From NCBI GenBank assembly GCA_041651535.1, contig JBAZIZ010000002.1, forward strand, positions 1,006 through 65,005: a DNA stretch of 64,000 nt, in the 5' to 3' direction. Below the pieces are notes generated by a model. That model was given only the letters and a program-made list of their open reading frames with translations, was not told the DNA's origin and did no database searches. This stretch comes from Patescibacteria group bacterium (lineage in GTDB: Bacteria > Patescibacteriota > Patescibacteriia > Magasanikbacterales > UBA922). Of the stretch, positions 9,926 through 18,276 are shown piece by piece; positions within the stretch are counted from its first letter, which is position 1; the number at the start of each line of letters is the position of its first letter. The position numbers were made by a program, and so were the translations under genes.

Positions 9926-10237
9926 ACTTTTTGTTTAAAACTTATTTTTACAAATTATAACATTTTTTTTACAAAAAGACTAATTTTAAGCAAATAAACA
10001 ACTAATTTATAAACAGTTAAATATAGCACTTTTTGGAGTTTTTGTCAATCAAATAATTCTAGATTCTGGATTTTAAATTTAAGAATTAAGTTTTATTTTA
10101 TTTTTTAGCTTATTTTAGCTATTTTAATATATTATATTTATTTTTTTAATTTTCTTTTAAATTTAATTCCAAAATCATAAATCATAATTTTTTTGACTTC
10201 TAACTACTTTTATTATAGAATAAAAACAAAAAATAAT

Positions 10238-11143
10238 ATGGAAAAAATTAAAATTGCCTTTTTTGGAACACACAAATTTGCTCGAGAAATACTAGAAAAT
10301 TTATCTAAAAATCAAAAATTTGATATTAAATTTGTTATTACCCAACCAGACAAACCAGTTGGAAGAAAACAAGAAATAAGCAAATCTCCAGTAAAAATAT
10401 TTGCCGAAGAAAATAAAATTCCTGTTTTTGAACCAAAAAGTTTAAAAAACTTTATTTTACCAGAAAAAATTGATATTGGAATAACTGCTCAATATGGTCT
10501 TATCCTACCAGAAAAAATTCTTTCAGAACCAAAATTTGGTATTTTAAATGTTCACACTTCTCTACTACCGAAATATCGTGGCGCTTCTCCGATACAGACT
10601 GCTTTATTAAATAATGAAAAAATAACTGGCATCACAATTATGAAAATGGATATTGGTCTAGATACTGGTGATATTTTAAAACAAAAAGAAATAATTATTG
10701 ATGAAGACGACACTTATCCAATTTTGGAACAAAAACTTATAATTTTAGCACAAGATTTTTTAGCAGAGACAATCGTAGATTATATTCAAGGAAAAATAAC
10801 TATTAATAAACAAGACGAAACAAAAGCTACTTTTTGTAAACAATTAGACAGAAATGATGGCAAAATAGATTTTAAAAATGAAACTAGTCAAAATATTTAT
10901 AATAAATATCGAGCTTTTTTCCCTTGGCCAGGTATTTGGGCAGAATGGCAAGGAAAAAGAATAAAATTATTAAATATCAAACCTAGCAAAGAAAAAATAA
11001 CGGCTGGCGAAATGAAAATAAATACTGATAAACTTTTTATCGGAACAGCGAGTTCAGCAATAGAAATCTTTGAATTACAAATTGAAGGAAAAAAAAGCAT
11101 GACTGCTCAAGCTTTTATCAATGGTTATAAAAATCTTATTTGA
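10238..11143 (+). CDS. fmt: Methionyl-tRNA formyltransferase.
   Basis: N-terminal KIAFFGT, the formyltransferase core HTSLLPKYRGASPIQ, and a C-terminal Fmt domain are present. The track ORF starts at 10193, but the conserved N-terminus begins at the internal Met (MEKIKIAFFGT) at 10238. Confidence 0.85.
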   Translation: MEKIKIAFFGTHKFAREILENLSKNQKFDIKFVITQPDKPVGRKQEISKSPVKIFAEENKIPVFEPKSLKNFILPEKIDIGITAQYGLILPEKILSEPKFGILNVHTSLLPKYRGASPIQTALLNNEKITGITIMKMDIGLDTGDILKQKEIIIDEDDTYPILEQKLIILAQDFLAETIVDYIQGKITINKQDETKATFCKQLDRNDGKIDFKNETSQNIYNKYRAFFPWPGIWAEWQGKRIKLLNIKPSKEKITAGEMKINTDKLFIGTASSAIEIFELQIEGKKSMTAQAFINGYKNLI

Positions 11144-11829
11144 CTTTTCTTTTTTAAAACAGTAAAAATATTGTTTCCTTTATTTTGATTTGATTTTTTA
11201 CCTTTTTTTATAAAATAATTTTCTATAACTTCCAAACCAGCTTCTTCAGCTAGATTTTTTAATTCTGGTAAATCAAAAGCATAATAATATCTTTTTCCCA
11301 TAACTTCACCTTGCGGACTAAGCCAAGGGACAATAAAATCTTTGGAATTTTTAACTTCAAATTTTCCTTTTGATACTATTTTTTTTATACTTTCTGAATA
11401 TAAATTCCAATTTGTCAAAAAAATATAAGAATCATTTTTCAAAACTCTTTTCATTTCTGCTAAAGCTTTCATTCTAGTCTTTTTATCTGGTAAATGATGT
11501 AAAGTAGCAATACAAAATATAAAATCAAATTTTTCATTTGCAAATGGAAGTTCTGTCATTTCTGAAACTACATAATTATTTTTAGGAAAATCTTTTTTGG
11601 CCATTTCTATCTGACCTTGACTTTGGTCTAAACCAACATAATCAATAGCTTGAAAATCTTTAAAAAAATGGTATAATCTGCCAGTACCACAACCAATATC
11701 TAAAATTGAAACATTGTCTTTTAGATATTTTTTAAAAGGAATAAAATCATCCCAAAGATATTGTCTTGTAGCTGAAAACAGTGAAGCAATTTTATCGTAA
11801 ACTGTTTTGTTTTGCTTGATATAATCCAT
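11125..11829 (-). CDS. Class I SAM-dependent methyltransferase.
   Basis: Motif I (ILDIGCGTGR) is present, plus a downstream acidic motif (FDFIFC). The gene is convergent with fmt and overlaps it by 19 nt. Confidence 0.75.
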   Translation of the reverse strand: MDYIKQNKTVYDKIASLFSATRQYLWDDFIPFKKYLKDNVSILDIGCGTGRLYHFFKDFQAIDYVGLDQSQGQIEMAKKDFPKNNYVVSEMTELPFANEKFDFIFCIATLHHLPDKKTRMKALAEMKRVLKNDSYIFLTNWNLYSESIKKIVSKGKFEVKNSKDFIVPWLSPQGEVMGKRYYYAFDLPELKNLAEEAGLEVIENYFIKKGKKSNQNKGNNIFTVLKKKSQIRFL

Positions 11830-13497
11830 ATTATGGAAAAAAATAATTTAGAAACATTAGAAAAAATAGTACAATTTATTTATGACTCTGAGCCAAAAAC
11901 GAAAGTCCGTTTTGATGATGCCCGAAGAAAAATTTGTTCAAAATTAAAAATATCTCAACCAGCAAATAATGCTTTATTGCCAGTTTACCATAAAATGCTC
12001 AAAAATCAAATTTTAAAAAAAGATACAAATTTTGAATTTTTACTTAGAAAAGCAAATATCCGAACTTTATCTGGAGTCGCAGTGGTAACTTCTTTAGCCA
12101 AACCGTTTGTCTGTCCTGGAAAATGCATTTATTGTCCAAATGAAAATAATATGCCAAAAAGTTATATTGCAAGTGAACCAGCAGCAGCTCGTGCTTTGGC
12201 TTTAAAATTTTCACCTTACGAACAGATGAAAAAGAGAATAGAAATGCTAGAAAAAAATGGTCATCCAACTGATAAAATTGAATTTATTATCAAAGGTGGT
12301 TCGTGGAATTCTTATGACATAAAATATCAATATTGGTTTATTTTAGAATCATTCAAAGCTTGTAATGATTTTAAACGTAGAAAAAAACTTGGGGAATCAA
12401 AAATTTCTGATTGGAAAAATTTATCAGATTTAGAAAAAGCTTTACAAAAAGAACAAAATTATAATGAAACTGCTAATCATCGAATAATTGGTTTAACTTT
12501 AGAAACTCGTCCAGACTTGATCAACCCAGAAAATATTTATCACATGCGAAGACAAGGTTCAACTAGAATTGAATTAGGATTACAAGCTACTGATGATAAA
12601 ATTTTACAATTAAACAAACGCGGACATACTTTAGCTGGTTTTAAACAAGCTATTTTACTTTTACGTCAAGCTGGATTTAAAGTTGACTTACATTTTATGC
12701 CAGCTCTTTTTGGTTCTAATCCAAAAAAAGATGTAAAAATGTATCAAGAAATTTTTTCTGATCCAGGATTAAAACCAGACATGATAAAAATTTATCCTTG
12801 CGTGGTAACTAAAAATACTGAACTTTATAAATTATATAATGAAAAAAAATATAAACCTTACAGTGAAAAACAACTTTTTGAAAGCATTATTGAAATGAAA
12901 ACAAATACTCCACGTTATTGTCGCATTTCTCGTTTGATACGTGATATTCCTAATCAAGAAATAATAGCTGGAAACAGTGTCACAAATTTACGTGAAAACT
13001 TACAAAAAGAAATGAAAAAAAGAAATTTAATATGTAATTGTTTACGCTGTCGTGAAATTGGTCATAATTTATCTTTATTAAATAAAAATTTAAAACCAAA
13101 ACTATTTATAGATGAATATCAAACTATTGGTGGTCTTGAATATTTTTTAAGTTTTGAAGATAAAAATCGACAAGTTGTGTTTGCTTTTTTGAGGTTAAGA
13201 ATACCTGATTCAAAAGAAAATAATTCTGTCACAAAACTACTAACTGAAATTAAATCCACTGCTTTTATCCGTGAACTTCATACTTACGGACAACTTATGA
13301 AAATAGGTATTACAAATACAGAAAAAGGTCAACATCGTGGTTTAGGAAAAAAACTATTACTTACAGCCGAAAAAATTGTCAAAAGAAAAAAATTTGACAA
13401 AATTGCTATTATTTCTGGAGTTGGTGTCCGCAATTATTACACAAAAAATGGTTATCAAAAAAAAGGAACTTACATGATAAAAAAGCTAGTAAGCTAA
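11812..13497 (+). CDS. Elp3-like radical SAM plus GNAT acetyltransferase (tRNA uridine-34 modification enzyme homologue).
   Basis: The Elp3-type radical-SAM cluster CPGKCIYCP lies in LAKPFVCPGKCIYCPNE. The central and C-terminal regions align with Elp3, and a C-terminal GNAT-like region follows. The start may be the second Met at 11833. Confidence 0.75.
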   Translation: MLDIIHIMEKNNLETLEKIVQFIYDSEPKTKVRFDDARRKICSKLKISQPANNALLPVYHKMLKNQILKKDTNFEFLLRKANIRTLSGVAVVTSLAKPFVCPGKCIYCPNENNMPKSYIASEPAAARALALKFSPYEQMKKRIEMLEKNGHPTDKIEFIIKGGSWNSYDIKYQYWFILESFKACNDFKRRKKLGESKISDWKNLSDLEKALQKEQNYNETANHRIIGLTLETRPDLINPENIYHMRRQGSTRIELGLQATDDKILQLNKRGHTLAGFKQAILLLRQAGFKVDLHFMPALFGSNPKKDVKMYQEIFSDPGLKPDMIKIYPCVVTKNTELYKLYNEKKYKPYSEKQLFESIIEMKTNTPRYCRISRLIRDIPNQEIIAGNSVTNLRENLQKEMKKRNLICNCLRCREIGHNLSLLNKNLKPKLFIDEYQTIGGLEYFLSFEDKNRQVVFAFLRLRIPDSKENNSVTKLLTEIKSTAFIRELHTYGQLMKIGITNTEKGQHRGLGKKLLLTAEKIVKRKKFDKIAIISGVGVRNYYTKNGYQKKGTYMIKKLVS

Positions 13498-13514
13498 TAA
13501 GTAAACAAGCAAGT

Positions 13515-13548
13515 AAGAAAAAATCTACTTTTCAGTAGATTTTTAATT
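13515..13548. terminator. Bidirectional rho-independent terminator between the convergent Elp3-like and SIMPL genes.
   Basis: A 9-bp stem (aaatctact / agtagattt) with a 4-nt loop is flanked by an A-run on one side and a T-run on the other. Confidence 0.6.
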
Positions 13549-13561
13549 TTTATTTTTAATT

Positions 13562-14365
13562 TTAGTTCAGTTCGTAGACAATATTTACATTTACAGTAAG
13601 TTCAGCATTACCAGCAGAAATTTCTGGAGAAGCTACACCAGCTGATTCATCCATAACTTTTGCATAACTATTTTGCAGACGATAACCATTATATACATCA
13701 ATATTATTATTGTATTCATTATAAGAAACTATACGTCCAAGTGAAATTCCTAAAAGTTTTGCTGTTTCTTCAGCATTCGCTTTTGCTTTTTCAATTGCTT
13801 CTTCTTTTGCTTGTTTCAAAAATTCATCTTTTTTATCAACATCAAAAGTTAAATCTTGAATCTGATTTAAATTATATTGTCCAGCTAAACCAATAATATC
13901 AGAAATTTTATCTAAGTCTCTAATTTTTAATTCTACATTTTGGCTTAAACTATAAGCTCGTAAATATTGGCGACCATCTATCCAATTATATTGAGGATAA
14001 ACATTATAATTTGTAGTTTTAATATCTTCTTCTTTAATGCCCATGTCTTTTACACTTTTAATAAAAGCATTCATTTTTTCTGAGCTTTCTTTTTGTGCTT
14101 CAGCTACTGTTTTCTTTTCTACAGTTAAACCCATAGAAACCATCGCAATATCTGGTTTGGCGTTTACTTTGCCTTCTCCACTAAAATTCATTGTTTTGAT
14201 ACTTTCAGGAGTTCTGCCAATATATTTATATTCTCTAACTGAATTTCTGATTTGAAAAAATAAAAATGCAGCTCCGCTTAAAAATAAAGCGATCAAACAA
14301 AATAAACTAACATCAAAAGCAATTTTACGAAATCTATTTTGTACAAAAAAAATGTTTTCCGACAT
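13562..14365 (-). CDS. SIMPL-domain (DUF541, BP26-like) protein with an N-terminal membrane anchor.
   Basis: One N-terminal TM helix is followed by a domain resembling SIMPL/BP26 proteins (GKVNAKPDIAMVSMGLTVE...NVELKIRDLDKISDII...). Confidence 0.7.
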   Translation of the reverse strand: MSENIFFVQNRFRKIAFDVSLFCLIALFLSGAAFLFFQIRNSVREYKYIGRTPESIKTMNFSGEGKVNAKPDIAMVSMGLTVEKKTVAEAQKESSEKMNAFIKSVKDMGIKEEDIKTTNYNVYPQYNWIDGRQYLRAYSLSQNVELKIRDLDKISDIIGLAGQYNLNQIQDLTFDVDKKDEFLKQAKEEAIEKAKANAEETAKLLGISLGRIVSYNEYNNNIDVYNGYRLQNSYAKVMDESAGVASPEISAGNAELTVNVNIVYELN

Positions 14366-14786
14366 AAAATTATAATTAAAAATAAATGTCTGCGGATGAC
14401 AAATATATTATAACATTTTTATATAAATAAAAAAGCCCCCTTATGGGTCAGGGGGAAAAAAGAGAAAGAACAAAAAGTGGTGCCATGATAAGGCACACTA
14501 GAGAAAAAATAGCGTTTCTCCAGTATATACTTTTTTCTTCTCTTAAAAAAAGAAAATAAAAAGGAACAATTACAACGATCTTCTTCATTTTTTTCCTCCA
14601 ATAAAATAAAGTTGGCAAAATAATAAAACATTTTTAAAATAAAAGCAAATCCAGTGTGTGGATAAAAAATTTTGCTTATTTGACACGATTTTTTAGATAT
14701 TATAAAATATAATCAAATAAAATAATAATTTATAAATTAAAGGTCTTAAATAAAAACACTTTTATTTAAGAAATTAAGACAATTTT

Positions 14787-15065
14787 ATGAACAAAGCAGA
14801 ATTAGCTCAAGCGCTTGCTGAAAAAGTTGGCGTTTCTAAAAAAGAAGGCGAAACTATAGTAGCCTCATTTGTTGAGATAGTTATCGAACAATTAAAAAAT
14901 GCTCAGGAAGTAAATATCGCTGGTTTTGGAGCTTTCAGTGCAAAAACTCGTGCTGGCAGAGTTGGAGTTAATCCACAAAATCCAAGTGAAAAAATCCAAA
15001 TTCCATCAGTTATAGTTCCAAAATTTAAAGCTGGAAAAGGATTAAAAGATGCTCTAAAAAAATAA
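14787..15065 (+). CDS. hup: HU/IHF-family nucleoid DNA-binding protein.
   Basis: MNKAELAQALAEKVGVSKKEGE...GFGAFSAKTRAGRVGVNPQNPSEKIQIPS matches HU throughout its 92 aa. Confidence 0.9.
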   Translation: MNKAELAQALAEKVGVSKKEGETIVASFVEIVIEQLKNAQEVNIAGFGAFSAKTRAGRVGVNPQNPSEKIQIPSVIVPKFKAGKGLKDALKK

Positions 15066-15085
15066 AATATTGCATAAATAAAAAA

Positions 15086-15106
15086 TTCCCCAAAAGGGAG
15101 TTTTTT
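15086..15106. terminator. Weak intrinsic terminator after hup, possibly bidirectional for ftsL.
   Basis: A short GC stem (ccccaaaaggg) is followed by TTTTTT on the plus strand and preceded by an A-run. Confidence 0.35.
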
Positions 15107-15127
15107 AATTTTGCATTTTTAATTAGT

Positions 15128-15469
15128 TTATCTTTGGGCGATATTATTTTCAATTACAGAGATATATTTTATATCATTTACAGCCACCATTTTTTTTGAT
15201 TCCAAACGATTTTTTAAATTATTCATAGAAGTAAAAGATGCTATTTCTACTTCTAAATTTTTATTTTCATATTCTAAATCAGTAATTTTATTTTCCAAAA
15301 GACTTATTTCATAACCTTTAGTCGAAACTTTATTTACTTGCCAAAGATAGAGAAAACCAAAAAAAACAACAAAAAGTAAAAATAAAATTCTATTACGAAA
15401 AATATTTTGATCTTTTTGTAAATCAATCTTCTTTTCTCTGATGGATTTGTTATTTAGATAACTATTCAT
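15128..15469 (-). CDS. ftsL: FtsL/DivIC-like cell-division protein.
   Basis: A 113-aa bitopic protein (one TM helix followed by a coiled coil) sits immediately downstream of rsmH, in the conserved mraZ-rsmH-ftsL order. Confidence 0.55.
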   Translation of the reverse strand: MNSYLNNKSIREKKIDLQKDQNIFRNRILFLLFVVFFGFLYLWQVNKVSTKGYEISLLENKITDLEYENKNLEVEIASFTSMNNLKNRLESKKMVAVNDIKYISVIENNIAQR

Positions 15470-15477
15470 AAAATATT

Positions 15478-16419
15478 TTATATTTTTTCTATGATTCTTA
15501 ATTTTGCTGATCTAGCTCGAGGATTTTTTTGATATTCTTCTCGAGAACAAATCAGTGGTTTTTTAGTTATAATTTTTATATTTTTTTTAGCACTTTCAGA
15601 TTTGAAAAAATGTTTTACTAAACCATCTTCAAGAGAATGAAAGCTGATAACAGCTAAACGTCCCCCACTTTGTAAAATTTCTATAGCTTGTGGTAAAACT
15701 TTTTCTATTACTTCTAATTCTTTATTAACTTCTATTCTAAGTGCTTGAAAAACTTTTGTCGCTGGATGAATACCACCAATCCAAGGAATTTCTTTTTCTG
15801 TTTTTAATTTTTCTCTATAAACCTGTAAAATTATTTCTACTAAATCACCAACTTTTTTGATTTCTCTTTCTTTTCTTATTTTAATAATTTTTTCAGCAAT
15901 TTGTTTACTCAGTTTTTCTTCACCATATTTTTTAAATATTTCAACTAATTCATTTTCAGTGTAATTATTTACAACATGTTCAGCTGTGTTTTCTTGATTT
16001 TCAGAATAACGCATGTCTAAATTTTCTTCTAAATTATTGAAACTAAATCCACGACCTCGCATTTCAAATTGCGGAGTTGACCAACCAAAATCCATCAATA
16101 TTCCATTTACATTTTCAAAATTATTTTCTAAAACTATTTTTTTTAAATTTACAAAATTATCTCTAACAAAAGTTATTTGGCCTTCAAATTTATATAAAAA
16201 TTGTTTAGCCCGTAAAATAGATTCAGTATCAGCATCTATTGCTAATAATTTTCCATTTTCGCCGATTTTTTCTAATATTTTTTCACTATGCCCTGCATCT
16301 CCAACTGTACAATCAATAATATTTTTATCCGACCGAGACGGATCAGACTTGGGCTGATTTTTATCCAAATTTAGAGCTTCTAAAACTTCAGCTAATAATA
16401 CTGGTTCATGTCTATTCAT
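15478..16419 (-). CDS. rsmH: 16S rRNA (cytosine1402-N4)-methyltransferase RsmH (MraW).
   Basis: MNRHEPVLLAEVLEAL...DCTVGDAGHSEKIL...DADTE matches RsmH signature regions. Its position after mraZ is also as expected. Confidence 0.9.
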   Translation of the reverse strand: MNRHEPVLLAEVLEALNLDKNQPKSDPSRSDKNIIDCTVGDAGHSEKILEKIGENGKLLAIDADTESILRAKQFLYKFEGQITFVRDNFVNLKKIVLENNFENVNGILMDFGWSTPQFEMRGRGFSFNNLEENLDMRYSENQENTAEHVVNNYTENELVEIFKKYGEEKLSKQIAEKIIKIRKEREIKKVGDLVEIILQVYREKLKTEKEIPWIGGIHPATKVFQALRIEVNKELEVIEKVLPQAIEILQSGGRLAVISFHSLEDGLVKHFFKSESAKKNIKIITKKPLICSREEYQKNPRARSAKLRIIEKI

Positions 16420-16429
16420 ATTTTAAATT

Positions 16430-16909
16430 TTAAATACCAAGATCAAACATTTTTTCTGCAATTTCATTACTACTTGATTCTGTTTGTTTTTTATATTCAA
16501 TCCAAGATTGTTCATCCCAAATTTCTAAACGATTATACAAACCAGCAATAATTACATTTTTTTTAATCCCAGAAAAACTGCGCAAATAATCTGGTAAAAC
16601 TACTCTGCCTTGTTTATCCAAAACCACATCCATAGCTCCAGCAAGCATCAAACGAGCAAATGCTCGACTATTTGCTTGTGAAAAAGGAAGTGTTGCTAAT
16701 TTTTCGGCTAATTTTTCCCATTCAATTTTTGTATAAACAAAAAGACAGTTATCAAGTCCTCTCGTGATAACAGCTCCATTTAATAAGTCGTTTCTAAATT
16801 TTTTTGGAATAGCCAAACGACTTTTATCATCTAAATTGTGATTATATTCCCCAATAAACATAATTTTTTTAAAAGTAGGAAGACAAGCATTTCCCCCACT
16901 TCTTACCAC
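16430..16909 (-). CDS. mraZ: Transcriptional regulator MraZ.
   Basis: MFIGEYNHNLDDKSRLAIPKKFR...GRVVLPDYLR shows the duplicated MraZ fold. The true start is probably the internal Met at 16861 (MFIGEY). Confidence 0.85.
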   Translation of the reverse strand: MVRSGGNACLPTFKKIMFIGEYNHNLDDKSRLAIPKKFRNDLLNGAVITRGLDNCLFVYTKIEWEKLAEKLATLPFSQANSRAFARLMLAGAMDVVLDKQGRVVLPDYLRSFSGIKKNVIIAGLYNRLEIWDEQSWIEYKKQTESSSNEIAEKMFDLGI

Positions 16910-17053
16910 ATGGTTCCATTATAAACCACTTTAATACATTCTACAAGGAAAAAAAGTGAAAAAAAGGTTTTTTATCCACAGGACCAAAAAATTCAAAAGT
17001 AAAAATTCAAAAGTAAAAAAAATCAGTACAAAAAAAGGCCGCCGAAGCGACCA

Positions 17054-17434
17054 CTATACTACCTCCAATGTTATATCATATTTTTCCGCCATCGTTGTAC
17101 GGCGAAAACAAAGTTTCTCTCCGGCAAAATTCGTTTCCGAATTTGCCGAAAAATAATCTCCATTTTTACCAATACTTTCAAAAGTATTGATAATAGATGG
17201 AAACGAATAGCCCTCAACTTCAAAGTATTCTTTTGAAGTAGGATGTTCAATTCTTATTTTAAGATGAGTCGAACACCCCTCATCTTTTTCACTGGTAAGA
17301 CAATAGCCGCCTATCGATAATCCAGTGAAATTTTTTCCTCCATCCGCACAGCTTTCCCATTTAGCTGCGCGAAGCATTTTAAATAACTCTTCCGGTTTAA
17401 CGGAAAGAGTTATTGTTTTTTCAATTTTTTTCAT
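17054..17434 (-). CDS. Hypothetical 126-aa protein in a locally GC-richer segment.
   Basis: A clean ORF whose local GC content exceeds the surrounding sequence. I recognise no motif. Confidence 0.45.
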   Translation of the reverse strand: MKKIEKTITLSVKPEELFKMLRAAKWESCADGGKNFTGLSIGGYCLTSEKDEGCSTHLKIRIEHPTSKEYFEVEGYSFPSIINTFESIGKNGDYFSANSETNFAGEKLCFRRTTMAEKYDITLEVV

Positions 17435-17446
17435 TTTTTCCTCCTT

Positions 17447-18142
17447 TTATCTTTTTGTTTGTGTTTCTAAATATTCCATAACTCTTGTATTACCCATAAG
17501 TCGAGCAATATCAAGAGCGGTTTCTCCTTCTCTGTTTTTAAGATCAATTTTTACGCCAATTTTCTCAACAAGAAATTTGGCACAACTAACTGCATCATAT
17601 TCAGCTGCCGTCATTAAAAATGTCTTTTCTTTAAAAAGTTCATTCCAAGGAATAAACAACTGGAGTAAGTGGTGAAGATTAAAATCTTCATTATTTTTAA
17701 AGATTTTCTGAAGCATATTACTATCATCTTTTTTAATAAAATAAGTAATTGCTTCAAAACCAATAAAACCATATCCTTTTTCAAAGATACTTTTTATTAT
17801 TTCTTCTTTGTCTTTTCCTTCATTCAACCTATAAGCTCGGTCCAGTGGGTATGCCCCACTTTTATCCATTTTAAAAGCCAAAGAAAATCTTTCTTCTGTC
17901 CAATCATCCCATTCTGTATGCAACCTCTTTATAGCATTACACACCAACCAACTTTTTCCTAAAGAAACAAGAGCCGCAAAAAAAGAAACTCCTGTTTTTT
18001 CATCGACAGCGGTTAAAACTGCAAGATTCTTTTCAAATAGAGAAAAAACAATATTATCAATATTTTTTTCTCCTTTAAGTTTCTCTAACAAATTAACAAG
18101 ATCTTGCTGTGTTTTTTTTGAATACATGGTTCTCTCCTCCAA
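17447..18142 (-). CDS. Ankyrin-repeat-containing protein.
   Basis: The C-terminal region TAAEYDAVSCAKFLVEKIGVKIDLKNREGETALDIARLMGNTRVMEYL matches the ankyrin repeat consensus (G-TALH-A...G....V..LL..GA). Confidence 0.6.
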   Translation of the reverse strand: MEERTMYSKKTQQDLVNLLEKLKGEKNIDNIVFSLFEKNLAVLTAVDEKTGVSFFAALVSLGKSWLVCNAIKRLHTEWDDWTEERFSLAFKMDKSGAYPLDRAYRLNEGKDKEEIIKSIFEKGYGFIGFEAITYFIKKDDSNMLQKIFKNNEDFNLHHLLQLFIPWNELFKEKTFLMTAAEYDAVSCAKFLVEKIGVKIDLKNREGETALDIARLMGNTRVMEYLETQTKR

Positions 18143-18194
18143 AAAAAATAAATTGTAAAATAACTAATAAAAACCTATCAAAATTATTGTAAAA

Positions 18195-18275
18195 TGTCAA
18201 TGATAAATTTTAGATTTAGGCTTTCAGATTTATGATTTTAAAAAATGAAAAATCTTTAATTCTTAATTCTAAAAT
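18195..18275. repeat. Intergenic AAATCTAAAAT / TTTAGATTT repeat cluster downstream of uvrC.
   Basis: The segment aaattttagatttaggctttcagatttatgatttt...ctaaaatcctaaatt is an imperfect inverted arrangement of the same 11-mer family found at 19581-19660, 43061-43095 and 10055-10085. Confidence 0.45.
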
Positions 18276-18276
18276 C

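Noticed and set aside
10193-10237. Longer N-terminal extensions of fmt, uvrA (to 22275), mraZ (to 16909), PPC (from 36861) and MFS (to 38611) as given in the ORF track.
   Set aside because: The conserved N-termini align to internal Met codons (MEKIKIAFFGT, MQDKIKIRGA, MFIGEY, MKDKNNF, MKIKTEK). The extensions are unconserved and create gene overlaps.
14419-14631. 70-aa minus-strand ORF in the hup upstream region, with a nearby GC hairpin (gccccc...ggggg, 14440-14470).
   Set aside because: The peptide looks like random AT-rich translation. The hairpin may be a terminator or small element, but neither end has a flanking gene on the right strand for it to terminate, so I left it uncalled.
16956-17156. 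66-aa plus-strand ORF upstream of mraZ.
   Set aside because: It is a K/R-rich translation of an A-rich promoter region, overlaps the 17054-17434 gene on the other strand, and is not credible as a gene.
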